64,000 bases of DNA from Octopus vulgaris (GCA_951406725.2 OX597829.1:40610001-40674000), one strand, 5' to 3'. Positions 24,366 to 37,807 are shown, numbered from the stretch's first letter. The notes: generated by a model from the letters alone, not told the origin. A program made the numbers and translations.

Positions 24366-24739
24366 CTGGTATTTATTTTATTGATCCCACCAAATGGGTG
24401 AAATGCAAAGTCAACCTCAGTGGAATTTGAACTTAGAATGTTAAGAGCTGGAAGAAATGCCACTAAGCATTTTGCTCAGCACAATAGTAATTCTTGCAAC
24501 TCACTGCCTTAATAATGATAATAATGCTCTTGTGTATTTCTCCATCACAACATATGAATGAGGAAGGTAGGGGTGATATCAAATTGGAAGTGGGATGGTG
24601 AACATTCAGCGCTGAAAAGAAAAATCAAACAGTGCTTCAACTCTGTGTGAGTATATGTCTGTCTGTGTGTGCATGTACAAGGGAAGTATGTGAATGTTTG
24701 TATGTGTACCTTGTTTATATATAAAATACAACTAGTCGT

Positions 24740-25078
24740 GAAGGCGCATGGCTCAGTGGTTTGAGCGTTGAGCTTACGATCATGAGGTTGTGAGTTCGAA
24801 TCACAGACCGGGCTGCATGTTGTGTCCTTGAGCAAGACACTTTATTTCACATTGCTCCAGTTCACTCAGCTGTAGAAATGAGTTGCGACGTCACTGGTGC
24901 CAAGCTGTATCGACCCCTTTGCCTTTCCCTTGGATAACATCAGTGGCATGGAGAAGAGAGGCTGGTATGCATGGGTGACTGTTGGTCTTCCATAAACAAC
25001 CTTGCCCAGATTTGTGCCTGGGAGGGTAACTTTCTAGGTGCAATCCCATGGTCAGTCATGACTGGAGTGGGTTTCAGC
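24740..25078 (+). mobile_element. CORE-SINE family E; an older related head at 25258-25500
   Basis: Colinear with 17157-17495; flanked by tacaa(c/t)tag. Confidence 0.85.
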
Positions 25079-25867
25079 ACTACAATTAGCCATCATTTTT
25101 GATGGCACAGGGTCAGCTAGTGATCATAATGAAAGTGATGATGTCAATAATAAGCCTTTCTCCTATAGTCATAAGGCCTGAAATTTTGTGAGGAGGGGAT
25201 AAATTGATTACATCGACCCAAGTGCTCAATTGGTATTTATTTCATTAATCCCAATAGGAGGCGCTTGACTAAGCGGTTAGGGTGCTGGACTCATGACTGT
25301 AGTTTCAATTCCTGGACCGGATGATATGTTGTGTTCTTGAGCAAAACACTTCACTTCACATTGCTCCAGCTGACACAGCCGATAAAAATGAGTAATCTTG
25401 CAAAGGACTGGTGTCCTGTGCAAGAACAGAATATATACACCACTGAAACCTGGAAACCATCCTTATGAGTCTATATCTATATGACTTGGAAATGAGCTTT
25501 ATCTTATCCTAATCCCAAAAGGATAAAAGACAATGTCACCCTCAGCAGGATTTGAACTCAGAACATATAGGCATGCTAACAATCCTACCAGTTTGCTGGT
25601 TTATAATAGTTTCAAATTTGGCACAAGGCTAGCAGTTACAACAAGAAGGGACTACCCAGTTACATCAATTCCTAGTGTTCAACTAGTATGTATTTCATAG
25701 AGCACAGAGGAATGGAAAGCAAAGCTTACCTCAGTGGAATTTGAACTCAGAATGTAAAGATCCTGAAGAAATGCAACCTAAGCATTTTGTCCAATTCGCT
25801 AACGATTCTACCAGCTCATCGCCTTACTACTACTACTACTACTACTACTACTGCTACTAATATTAAT

Positions 25868-25898
<31 letters not shown>

Positions 25899-26206
25899 GT
25901 CTTGTGCTATAAATATACAGCGCGTGGAATCTAAAGAATGTGGGAATCAATGACAACTCTGAGAATGTTTTTGGCAACCAAAGTGCTAGCACTGTTTATT
26001 AGTAGCAAGTTGTTCCTACTCTGCTAAGTGAACTAGGCTGCTGTTAAAGACTGAATGCTGTGACCAAAATTTTATTTGCGAATTTAAATCTAGATTTATT
26101 TGTTTATTTATCTATTTATTTATTTATTCATTCTTCAATTTTGTCAGACCATTCTGCAAGACTTACCTCTTTTTCAAGGACTTTCCAATACAGATCTGTT
26201 AGTACT

Positions 26207-26292
<86 letters not shown>

Positions 26293-27058
26293 ATTCCCCC
26301 CTCTTTCATTTTAGTTTACAAACTGCTTAACGAACATGATGAATCACATTTAGGTAGGTCTCGCAATAAGGGTGAGGCAGAGGGGAAGAGTTTATATTCA
26401 AATATTCAGTGAAAGACTTGATTCTCATTAAATCCAAAAAAATTCTTCTACCATTCTTAAAATGTTTTCAACACAAATGCTACATGCTTTTCCATGAATG
26501 TATTTGTTTGTTTGTTTTCTTCTAATTTGTTTATTTACATTGGAACTGGTTAGCAACAATGTCATTGGCTATAAGTTTCTAACCAGACCTAATCTCTCTG
26601 ACTGGTTTATTGCAATTCTAATTGTGAGAAAATGACGAGAATGTCTGTAACTCAGTGCTGAACAAATATCACAAGGAACTTCATTCAGAAAGCAGCAGTT
26701 TTTGTTTCTTCATTCCAAGTTTTTTCCATCAATGTTTTTATCTTTCACTGATATATGTCAATGAAATATAAAGCCACCCCCTCACCTTTCTCAAATACAC
26801 TCCCCCACCTCAGTCAAGAGGGATTTTTTTTCTTTTCTTTTGTTTATCTTGGTGACCTCCCTAGTGCAGGTGCTACAAAAAAAAAAAAAAAAAAAGAAGC
26901 ACCCAGTACACTATTAAAGTGGCTGACATTAGGAGGGACATCCAGCTGTAAAAGCTATGCTGAAGCTGACGTTGTGGGGGTTGGGGCTTGTCAGACAGAA
27001 TGCTGCAGCTCATTGGATTGTGCCAAGCTATCCCAACCCATGGCAACAGTATTCTTTA

Positions 27059-27480
27059 AAAGGTGGCGAGCTGGCAGAAACGTTAGCACGCCAGGCAAAA
27101 TGCTCAGCGGTATTTCGTCTGCCGCTACATTCTGAGTTCAAATTCCGCCGAGGTTGACTTTGCCTTTCATCCTTTCGGGGTCAATTAAATAAGTGCCAGT
27201 TACACACTGGGGTCGATGTAATCGACTTAATCTGTGTGTCTGTCCTTGTTTGTCCCCTCTATGTTTAGCCCCTTGTGGGTAGTAAAGAAATAGGTATTTC
27301 GTCTGCCGTTACATTGAGAGTTCAAATTCCGCCGAGGTCGACTTTGCCTTTCATCCTTTCGGGGTCAATTAAATAAGTACCAGTTACGCACTGGGGTCGA
27401 TATAATCGACTTAATCCGTTTATCTGTCCTTGTTTGTCCCCCTCTGTGTTTAGCCCCTTGTGGGTAGTAAAGAAATAAGT
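27059..27480 (+). mobile_element. SINE family B head-to-tail dimer
   Basis: The second unit starts at the internal GGTATTTCGTCTGCC at 27293; one TSD (agtattcttta) flanks the pair. Confidence 0.85.
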
Positions 27481-29029
27481 ATTCTTTAGAAATTGATAAT
27501 TCATAGAGAAAAGAATATTTGTAACCACACACACACACACTTACAAACATGTAAACAGGTGTATTTTAACAGTACATAAGGGAAGAGAAAATACTCAATG
27601 CTGACAGTAGAGTATAAATAATTTGGTCAGCTGGAACCAAACTGGCTGGAACTAGAAGCTTCAACCAACGCTACTATGCCATGTTGAACCCAAATGCATG
27701 ACTGAAGATATAGGCAGCACAGTGGGTTTTTTTTTGGTTTTTTTTGCAGTTTCTTAGGTTTCAGTTAGTTTGGTCTTGGCTGAACAAATTAAGCATTGTG
27801 TGTCTGTCTGTCTGTCTGTCTGTAGTTTACAGGGTTGTGATTTGCAAGTATTTTTAATTACAGAAATAACTTTATGGACAGTTGAATTAAAGCGAGAACA
27901 CACGCATGACTGAATTGCCGTAAGCAAAGTTGGTTTGAATGCGTTTTTTTTTATGTCTACACTGGAGTCTGGGTGCTGTCAAGTGAAAATATATTTATAT
28001 TTCCAGTAATTTTTTTCCTGCCAGTGGCCATGAAAAAGAAAGGGAAAAGAAAATACCCTCAACCCCATCACATTAGGTCTGCACACATTACATCACAAGT
28101 GGTCACTTCAAAATGAAGGGTTTCTTCTAAAGAAAGGAGTGAACAAGTTCAGTTCTTGGCTCTTTTTTATTTATTTTTTTTATTTTTTAAGTGTCAGTAC
28201 ATTGGTACTTTTTTTTTTTTAATTTATTTCCATGCCATAAGTAATTTATGCCAACACTTGAGGTTTTTGAAGCAGAGGGTTGAAGAGTGAGTAAAATTTG
28301 ATATTCCATTGTTTGTGTTCTTCTGAAAGTAAAAAATAACCTAGAAACCTAGAAACCCAGAAATTTTTCTTTTCTTTTTTTTTTTTAAAGTTAAAAACAA
28401 ATAAATAAATAAAAATGGTAAATAAAATTACTCTATCAATTTCATCTAAAGAAAAGTTATTATTAGCTTCAAGATTCAAGATAATTTTTTTAGATTTCAT
28501 CTTAGTTTTGTGTTACATGTTCCAGAGTTCAAGTCCTGTAGGAGGTGAGGTGAGGGCATGTCAGAGTTGACTTTAACTTTTCACCGGGATTAACTTTTTG
28601 TCTATAAACTCTTTTGAGTTATGCCCCCTTATTTGTTTTTTAGATTTTGCAAATATGTCTATGCATGGTGGGGCAGGAGTTGGAATGTCTACTAAATGCG
28701 TAGGTAATAATTTTAGCTGATTGGTGTTGCTTTTTTTTTTGCCTAAGTATATTACCGTATGGGAAATCTCACTATAGAAAAGGTTTGGTGGTTGAGGTGT
28801 TTACCAGTTTCCCATCTCTGTACTTTTAATATCCTTACTGAAGGGAATTTTCAGGTGTGTTCTCTCTCTCTCTCTTCCTCCCTTTCTCTCTCTCTCTCTC
28901 TTCTTTCTCTTTCTCCCTCTCCCTTTCTCTCTTTCTTTCTCTCTCTCTTTCTTTCTTTCTCCTCCCCCTCTCTCTCCCTCTAGTACACACTCCAGCTGTC
29001 AGAGCCTGAAGGAAGGCTTAAAAAAGATT

Positions 29030-29410
29030 TATTCTTTTACTTGTTTCTGTCACTTGACTGCGGCCATACTGGAGCACTGCCTTAAAGGGTTATAGTTGAA
29101 GAAATCAACCCCAGGATTTATGTTTTGTAAGCCTAGTGCCAACTGCTAAGTTATGGAGACCCAAACACACCAACATTGGTTGTCAAGCGATGGGGGAGGG
29201 GGAACAGACACAAAGACACACACACACACACATAAATATATACATATATATATATTTATATACAATGGGCTTCTTTCAGTTTCCGTCCACCAAATCCACT
29301 CACAAAGCTTTGGTTGGTCTGAGGCTATAGTAAAAGACACTAGCCCCAAGGTGCTACATGGTGGCACTGAACATGGAACCATGTGGTTGGGAAGCAAGCT
29401 TCTTACCATA
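29030..29410 (-). mobile_element. SINE family A
   Basis: Colinear with the other copies. Confidence 0.85.
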
Positions 29411-29478
29411 CATGTCTGGAATGTGAGGCAAGTTAATCCTAAGACACAGTCTTCAGTCATGTGACAATACCATAATGA

Positions 29479-29670
29479 TACAAGGGGGTGCTGAAAAGTT
29501 CCAGGCTTTGGATATAAGAAAATACAGGACGGTCAATTAATTATGATTTTATTCAACATATTCCCTCTCTCAGAGTCACACACTTATTGCAGTGGTCCTT
29601 CAGTTTTTCTAAGCCCTGTAAAAGAACTTGGAAGGCTGGGCATCCAACCAGACCTTTTGTGAAACCACTT
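29479..29670 (-). mobile_element. Mariner element end (TIR plus transposase C-terminus)
   Basis: TA-CAAGGGGGTGCTGAAAAGTTCC TIR; the minus strand reads LQGLEKLKDHCNKCVTLR/GEYVE*. Confidence 0.75.
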
Positions 29671-29693
29671 GAAATACAACAGTAATGTTAGAC

Positions 29694-29973
29694 GAAGCAA
29701 TTGCCCCAGCTCCCCTTCAGGGTTGGCGAAAGCAATGTGATGGACAACAAAAAACCTGGCTGATGACAGTCAAGGCTGATATAGAACCCAACCTAGGCCC
29801 CCATATCTATGGCATTCGCCACTGGAATAAGGAGTGGTTGGATATCACGCAGTCGGTCGTTAGCCTCAAATCGCCAGGCCTGGTCGGCGTTTGTGAGAGA
29901 TGCAGCATTGAGGATGAATGAAACCAGCTCAACCCACCCCGGGTGAATGCTGTCTCAAGTCAAGTCAAAGTCA
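29694..29973 (+). mobile_element. 5'-truncated RTE-clade LINE (a different family) with a (CAAGT)n tail and a 13-bp TSD
   Basis: ORF ...GWRKQCDGQQKTWLMTVKADIEPNLGPHIYGIRHWNKEW; agtaatgttagac at 29681-29693 and 29974-29986. Confidence 0.85.
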
Positions 29974-30447
29974 AGTAATGTTAGACCAAAAATTTAGTTT
30001 AATGAAGATCCTGGAAGTGAATTGAAAGATATTATTGTCAGGAATTTGGTACATGTGAATCCAAAGACAGTTTTCATTGATGTGACAGTACTAATAATAA
30101 GTATTATTATTAGTACTAATAAAAATGTTCCACCTAACTACAGTTTAATGATGACCATAGAGGGAATCAACAGATGTTATTGTGAGGGATCTTGTACAAA
30201 GGAATTCAAAGACACAGTTTTCAACGCCTTGCTTGCGGTAATAATAAAACTTCTGAACAAGCATCTTTAATTAGTAATTGAACTTACAACCAGTCTGTCT
30301 TCCTCCTTTTCTACAAAACTGACCAAAGTTGATGAACTGGTGAGCTCTTTTTAATTACCACTTTTAATTAACACTGACATAGCGGGTGGGGGCTGATTGT
30401 TTTGTAAATTTAGATGCAACACAGTTACTGTGAGATTAAGGTCCCTG

Positions 30448-30494
<47 letters not shown>

Positions 30495-30657
30495 CACCAC
30501 CACCACCACCACCACTACTACCACCATATTAGTTGTAGAAGAGCTAATTAGGGAACTTCTTCAAGGTCATTTCACCAGCTAGAAATAGCAGCCAAACCTC
30601 ATGCTAATAATAATCGCTAATAATTTTTGTAAAATAGAAAACACGTTGGTGAATTGT

Positions 30658-31200
30658 AATGTTATTTATTATCAGTCCGAATATGCTTTGATGCAAGTTC
30701 GAACCGGGGAACAAGCTATTCACTGTGTTTTGTGATGGAGAATTTGTCTCACTTGTTGACAAAGCATAAGAGAGTCAATCTCTCCAATCAGCTCATACTG
30801 TCATCTGCCTATTACCAAACAGGAGATAACTACTCCAAAATGCTAGCATAGATAGGTAGCACTGCGAACTGATCTAGTCACCAAGCCAGATGTTTTCTCC
30901 ATGACAAAACACAGGGAGTAGCTTGTTCCCCAGGTTTAACGTGCTTTAACCCTTTAAGCATTTAAACCGGCCATATCCTGCCAAAAGTGTTCTGCCTGTT
31001 TTATGTTCAAACTGGCCAGATCTGGTCTCTCACACCAACCCTACAATATTTTTAAAAAAATTAACAGCTACCTCATCAAAATCTCAAAGCTACAAGATAA
31101 TGCATGATTAGTTCAAGGCAATGTGGATGAAGAAGCATTAATTTTGGTAGAATAATGCGAACACTAAAGGGTTAAGCATATTCGGACTCATAATAACATT
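30658..31200. mobile_element. Foldback MITE with ~85-bp TIRs; the right TIR is split by a piggyBac-like MITE
   Basis: 30658-30742 is the reverse complement of 30895-30949 joined to 31176-31200. Confidence 0.7.
30950..31171. mobile_element. piggyBac-like MITE with TTAA TSD
   Basis: TTAA|CCCTTTA...TAAAGGG|TTAA; other copies at 57662-57888 and 17905-19036. Confidence 0.85.
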
Positions 31201-31369
31201 GCAGTTTTATTTATCACTGCTTAGTGCTCCCCCTCCATAACATTGGAGAATGTATTTTTGGTATATATTGATATCTGAATAAAACAGCGGGATGGTAACC
31301 AGAATATTCTATAAAAGCTGGTCTTGCTCCTCTCCATCACACCCCACACCACTTCCCAAAGAAAAAATT

Positions 31370-31732
31370 TAATGTAAAAAGCACCATTCAAGCGTGATTG
31401 TTACCAGCATCGCCTTACTGGCATGTGAAAAACATTCGAGCGAGGTCGTTGCCGGTGCCGCTGGACTGGCTCCTGTGCAGGTGGCACGTAAAAAACACCA
31501 TTTGACCATGGCCGTTGCCAGTACCGCCCGACTGGCCCTCGTGCCGGTGGCACATAAAAGCACTCACTACACTCTTGGAGTGGTTGGCGTTAGGAAGGGC
31601 ATCCAGCTGTAGAAACTCTGCCAAATCAGATTGGCGCCTGGTGCAGCCATCTGGCTGGCCTGTCCTCATTTAAACTGTCCAACCCATGCCAGCATGGAGA
31701 ACGGACGTTAAACAATGATGATGATGATGATG
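31370..31732 (+). mobile_element. Family C; further copies at 33035-33218 (+), 34010-34250 (-) and 42283-42420 (+)
   Basis: Unit array plus the conserved tail. Confidence 0.8.
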
Positions 31733-32385
31733 TTCAACTGCAGTTTGTTATGTGTCTCTAAGCAACGTAGATACTTATGATGCTTAGCTCAACTTGCTTG
31801 ATTGGTGACTGGGTTAACCATTCTTACACAGCATCTGAATGAGTGATTCGTGGTGGCTCAGAAGAGCACCCAGTTACTAAAATCAAAAAGCAATTTTCTC
31901 TACAAGAACCTACCCAAGCCATGCAAACTTTGGGGAAATGGCCATAAAAATAGAGAAACTATGAATAAAAGAATTAACTACTAATAGGCCTCCAATGTGA
32001 AATGGTTTGGGTCATTGTAAGAACCATAGAAGAGGAGCAAGGACATGTTTGACTTTAAACTGTAAGATTAATTCCTCCTCCCCTTCCTCCTCCTTTTGTT
32101 TCCTCTCTTCTCCTTCTCCTTCCCCTCTTTTCCCCACCTCTTCCTTCATCTCACCTCCTACTTTCTGCTCATACACCAGCTAGGAATGCTCTTTCACATA
32201 AATCCTTCAACCAAGAAGTAGAAGTGAAATCCCTATTTTTGGGGGGGGGGGGGGGGGCTCAGCAGACCAAATCAAAATGCTTGATCCAAGTTTGTCTAGC
32301 GAACCAGAATATAACAAATACAACTTTGCCATTTTGTTTTATGTAAATTGTCTAACAGAGAAAGAATTGCCCCAGATGTATATAC

Positions 32386-32422
<37 letters not shown>

Positions 32423-32519
32423 AAATGACTCAACTGCTGAGTTTGATATATGCCATGCATAAAATTCAGCTCTTGAGTCTCTTAGTAATTTTTACCAATT
32501 AAAAGTAATAAAACATATA

Positions 32520-32885
32520 TGCTTCCTAACTACATGGTTCCAGGTTCAATCCCACTGAGTGGCTCTTAGGGCAAGTGCCTTCCACTTGAGCTTGAGGCTG
32601 ACCAAAGGCTTGTGAGTGGATTTAGTAGATGGAAATAGAAAGAAGCCTGTCATATGGGCATGTGTTTGTGTCTATGTTTGTCCCCTACGGCTACTGGACA
32701 ACCAGTATTGGTATGTTTATGTCCCCATAACTTAGTGACTTGGCAAAAGTGACCAACAGAATAAGTACCAGATTTTAAAAAAATAAAAAAACAAGTACTG
32801 GGGTTGATTAATTCAACTAAAAATTCTTCAAGGTGATGCCCTAGCATGCATGGTAACAGACTAATGATTGAAACAAGTAAACAAT
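32520..32885 (+). mobile_element. SINE family A, diverged
   Basis: ggttcaatccc...gggcaagtg...tgaaacaagtaaa. Confidence 0.75.
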
Positions 32886-32940
32886 ATATCCTCGTGTATT
32901 CAGTTCTATTCCTCTGGTTTATTCTACCAAACTACACATG

Positions 32941-32982
<42 letters not shown>

Positions 32983-35395
32983 AAATAAAAGAATATGAAT
33001 AGTGTTGTATTTTGTTTAAATTATTCTACACAGTACGTAAAAAGCACCCACTACACTCACAGAGTGGTTGGTGTTAGGAAGGGCATCCAGCTGTAGAAAC
33101 TCTGCCAGATCAAGATTGGAGTCTGGTGCAGCCTCCTGGCTACCCAGACCCCAGTCGAACCGTCCAACCCATGCTAGCATGGAAAGCGGACGTTAAACGA
33201 TGATGATGATGATGATGATATACATGGTCATTTTCATTACGTAACTGCTTATTTGTTTCGGTCAACTGTTCAAAATGCCTGAAGAAATGGTCTGGTTATG
33301 CAATTCACATTATGTAATTTCATATTATGTAACACATTTATGAACAAATAAATAGCTATGCTATGGAAATGTGCATAGCATACTTTGACTAAAAAACCAC
33401 ACATTATTCATATTATTTTATTATATTAGCACTGTGTTACATGTACAGAATGTGTTGCTACATACAATGGATTTATGGCTTACTTAACCCCTTGACTCCA
33501 TAATTAAATTTCATGGTTATTCCTGTCTATTTCTGCGATATTTTTTTCAGTACCTGCTATAAGAACAGTTTTCACATCCACCACTAAAACTACATGGTTC
33601 TTATTCTTTATAGAGAGATTTGATGAAAATATGTGCAAAAATTAAGAAAGTCAGAAAAAAATTGTCTTTCGCAAAAAGTTTTTTAATTGGTGTCTTTATT
33701 TCTCACAGAATTGTTTCTCATTTGTCTGTTTGTTATTTTTTCAAAGCATATGGGGTAAAACTGCCTTCTGCAAGTAACAGTCATAAAAATTTTGAGTGGA
33801 TATATCTGCTTGTCACATTCAAAGGATTAATGTAATTTCATTAGTTGATATGCATTGCTTGTCTGTTAACTGAATGGTAGATAATAAATATCACTGGTCG
33901 TCCCCCTGGGTATCCTGTTAGCCAAATACACACAGGAGTACAGATGACTTAATTGCCTGTGTTTCTATGTGTGTGGAATGTTGTGTGGTGTGCTACTGTG
34001 TGGGATATATCATCATCATCATCATCATCATTTAGCGTCCGCTTTCCATGCTAGCATGGGTTGGACGGTTCAACTGGGCTCTGGGAAGCCTGAAGGCTGC
34101 ATCAGGCCCAGTCTGATCTGGCAGTGTTTCTATGGCTGGATGCCCTTCCTAACGCCAACCACTCCGTGAGTGTAGTTGGTGCTTTTTATGTGCCACCCGC
34201 ACAGGTGCCAGACGGGGCTTTTTACATGCCACTGGCACGAGGGCCAGCCTTGGCCCAGTGGTTAGGGCAGTGGACTCACGGTTAGAACAGAGTACAAGAC
34301 ATACAACTCAAGGAATATTCCCCTTCTTCAGTTGTCTGTTTTGTCTACTCTGCGTTTCAATATATATATATATATGTGTGTGTGTGTGTATATGTATGCA
34401 TTTCAACTACTGTCTATACTCCCATGGTTTCTATGATAGAATACCCTTCTTAACAGTAACTACATAATGATCAATTGGTAAATATGAGTGGGTAAATGAT
34501 AAAAACGATGGACAGATGTCAAGTATGAGTCCTCAGAGGAGAGGGAGTGATGACTGCCAGTAAATAAACAATTGCATGAAATAGTTTGAAGTAGCAGATT
34601 CGAATTTCATTTCATAATCACAGCCCCATAATAACACAATGTAGATGAGAGAATTGTAGAAGAAAGGAGTGATAAAGAGAAGTGTGTGGTTAAGCGCTAG
34701 GGGTGGGAGGTGGGAGTGGAGAATGAGAGGTGGGTGAAATGGGAGTGGAGTGGTGATAATTAGGAGGATTGCATGTCAATAGGAAGTGGTTCTGATGAGT
34801 GACCCAGTTGTTTGGATAAGGGGGAAGAGAAAAAAATGTAGTTGTAGACTTAACAAAGACATTCTGTGAGGGAACCAGCTGTGTGGATAATGTGCACACA
34901 CACACATGTGCACACACACGCACACACGTTTCCACAACTTCACTTGCTTACCTGCTTGTGTATGTGTGTGTGTGTGTGTGTGTGTGGTTGAGAAGCTTTC
35001 TTTCCAGTCATTGTTCTTGGGTCTTAGGTTCAATTCCACTGCATTGCACCATGTGCAAATGTCTGCTACTACAAGTTTGGGCTAACCAAAACATTGAGTA
35101 AATTCTACAGACAGAAACTGCAAGAATGCCATTGTGTGTGTGGGGGTGGGTGGGTGTGGGTGTGTGTGTGCACGCATGTACCCTTGCTTTGACATGTGAT
35201 GAATATCACTGTCATACATGTGAGGTTGTCCATTTCCAGTCTTCTGTAGAAAACGTCATGGGAAACATTATCTTGCTTGGAAACAGCTGAGTTGAGGGAT
35301 GGCAACAAGTGGGGCATCTGACTATAAGAAATCCACCTCAACAAATTCCATCTGACTCATGTAAGCTTGGAACATCATCATCATCATTATGTATT

Positions 35396-35610
35396 CAGGG
35401 TGTCCATAAATTTCTTTTACAATTTGAAAAATTCAGAAAAAAACATTTGTCATACTGAAGTTACACCACTTGCATCCAAGAAATATTTTCCTACAAGATG
35501 CTGCACCACCCTATTGATGAGATTGAATGTTCTAGAATTTCTTAATGAAAATTTTTCAGACCAGAAGATTGAGAGAGACTCTCCAGTTTAGGTAATTCAT
35601 GGACACCCTG
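35396..35610 (+). mobile_element. Internally deleted Tc1/mariner derivative
   Basis: TIRs CAGGGTGTCCAT / ATGGACACCCTG-TA; internal FLQDAAPPY/LNVLEFLNENFSDQKIERDSP resembles FQQDGAPPH...FLNE.F..RWIGR. Confidence 0.75.
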
Positions 35611-35918
35611 TACAAAGTACTCAGTCTATTTTGTAAGGTGGTCAGTGTTAAAAAGAGCATACAGCTGCAAAAACCATGCCGAAATGGACAATGAAGCCTG
35701 GTGTAGTCTTCTACCTAGCCAGTCCTTGTCAAATCATCCAACCGATGCCAGCATGAAAAATGGACATTAAATGATAATAATGATGTATAGATTGCTTGGA
35801 GGTATAACATATGTTGTAAAATCCTGCCTAGGCCTGCATCTCTAATGCAAGAAACTGTTAGCAGCTCACATTTATGCCTGATCGCTAAATCCACAAGTCT
35901 TTTTATTTTCTCTCATTC

Positions 35919-35954
35919 CTTTCTGTTGAAGAGCATAGGCTTGAAACATAAAAG
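35919..35954 (+). ncRNA. Minimal hammerhead motif with a CUGUUGA core, in a PLE-like element (~35895-36045) ending in (TA)n
   Basis: CTTT CTGTTGA a GAGC-ATAG-GCTT GAAA CATA AAAG; a related truncated tail lies at 37803-37910 (-). Confidence 0.5.
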
Positions 35955-36054
35955 AGTTTCTCACTTACCCCAGTGTCAAACTATACACCTTCTTGTTCTT
36001 CATACACCTGTCTTTGTCTTTTGTTTTTCTATAAATTTCAACTATATATATATG

Positions 36055-36412
36055 TTCTTTACTCTTTTACTTGTTTCAGTCATTTGACTGTGGCCATGCT
36101 GGAGCACTGCTTTTAGTCAAGCAAATCAACCCCTGGACTTATTCTTTGTAAGCCTAGTACTTATTCTGTCGGTCTCTTTTGCCGAACCGCTAAGTTACGG
36201 GGGACGTAAACACACACACACACACATATATATATATACATATATATGACGGGCTTCTTTCAGTTTCCGTCTACCAAATTCACTCACAAGGCTTTGGTTG
36301 GCCCGAGGATATAGTAGAAGACACTTGCCCAAGGTGCCATGCAGTGGGAATGAACCCGGAACCATGCGGTTGCTATGCAAGCTATTTACCACACAGCCAC
36401 TCCTGCACCTAT
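36055..36412 (-). mobile_element. SINE family A
   Basis: Colinear with the other copies, with an internal deletion. Confidence 0.85.
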
Positions 36413-36546
36413 ATATATATATATATACAAAATTAGAGAATGGAGAAACATACTTAAATAAATTTATTAATCTTGTTGGGTACCTATCTGGCAGTATATT
36501 GGATATATATTATCCCATGGTGGGTTGAATTTTCAACCCCTATCTC

Positions 36547-36598
<52 letters not shown>

Positions 36599-36702
36599 CC
36601 TGTTGCTTATTTTATCCATCTCTTTTGCAAAAAAAAACAACACCAGGTGTCAAGTGCTGGGACAAACACAGACAAAATATGCACGTGCATGCACACACTC
36701 AT

Positions 36703-36911
36703 AATGTGACCACGTGTGTACCGTTGGCAATTTTTTTCCTCTGTCTTCCTTTCCTTGGATCTTTCCTTTTCCTATGTTTCTGACGAAGAGCTCCGCTCGA
36801 AACGTTAAATCCTCCTTCTTTCTTCCCTTTCCTGAGCGTCCGATAACACTATACTTGTTCCACGTCCTCGCGTTGTTGTGTTTTCTCTTTGTGTTTTCAT
36901 GTTTGGATTAG

Positions 36912-36912
<1 letters not shown>
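36703..36912 (+). mobile_element. PLE-like pseudo-LTR with a hammerhead at 36776-36810
   Basis: GTTT CTGACGA a GAGC-TCC-GCTC GAAA CGTT AAAT; the 3' end abuts (TA)n. Confidence 0.75.
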
Positions 36913-36946
<34 letters not shown>

Positions 36947-37509
36947 GCATAGGTTAGGGTTCCTGTTACTGTTTTGTTATGGTTTAAGGACTCTAATTAT
37001 GTTGTTCGTTTTGACTGTTTTGCTTTTATTGGAGCAATTTAAAGCCAAGCATCTTGGTTTCCTGTCGATCTAGGAAAATTATTAACGCATTAAATAATCT
37101 TCTTTTTGGTGTTATCATGGTTGTTGTTGTTGTTTAATGCCAATTCTGTCTTGATCAACCTCGTATATTACCTTTTCCTTTCATGTTTTATCTTTTGCTT
37201 GTTTTTATTCTTGGACTGTGGCCATGCTGGGGCACCAGCTTGGAGGTTTTAGTCAAACAAATTGACGCCATTTCTTATTTTCTAAGCCTGTTGCTTATTT
37301 TATCCATCTCTTTTGCAAACAAACCAATGCCAGGTGTCAAGTGCTGGGACAAACACAGACAAAAAATGCATGTGCATGCACAAACACACAAACGCATGTG
37401 CGCATACACACGTACACACCCTCTCACATACATATACACTCACACACATACATACTCTCACATACATACATATACATACATTTACACATATATCTATGGA
37501 TATATATAT

Positions 37510-37546
<37 letters not shown>

Positions 37547-37550
<4 letters not shown>

Positions 37551-37750
37551 TAATCCAAACATGAAAACACAACAACACGAGGACGTGGAACAACTATAGT
37601 ATTATTGGACGCTCAGGAAGGAAGGGAAGAAGGAGGGTTTTACATTTCGAGCAGAGCTCTTCATCAGAAACATAGGAAAAGGAAAGATCCAGAGAAGGGA
37701 AGACGGAGGAAAAAAATCACCAACGGTACACAGGTGCTCACATTTTGAAT
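37547..37750 (-). mobile_element. Inverted second copy of the same pseudo-LTR (hammerhead at 37637-37671), inside the microsatellite of a SINE A (37185-38065)
   Basis: Minus strand: GTTT CTGATGA a GAGC-TCT-GCTC GAAA TGTA AAAC. Confidence 0.75.
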
Positions 37751-37753
37751 ATG

Positions 37754-37807
<54 letters not shown>

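Noticed and set aside
34285-34360. Minus-strand GAAAC...GTA...CTGAAGA next to (TA)n
   Set aside because: No stem I and no GAAA after the hairpin; it may be a PLE fragment, but I cannot support that.
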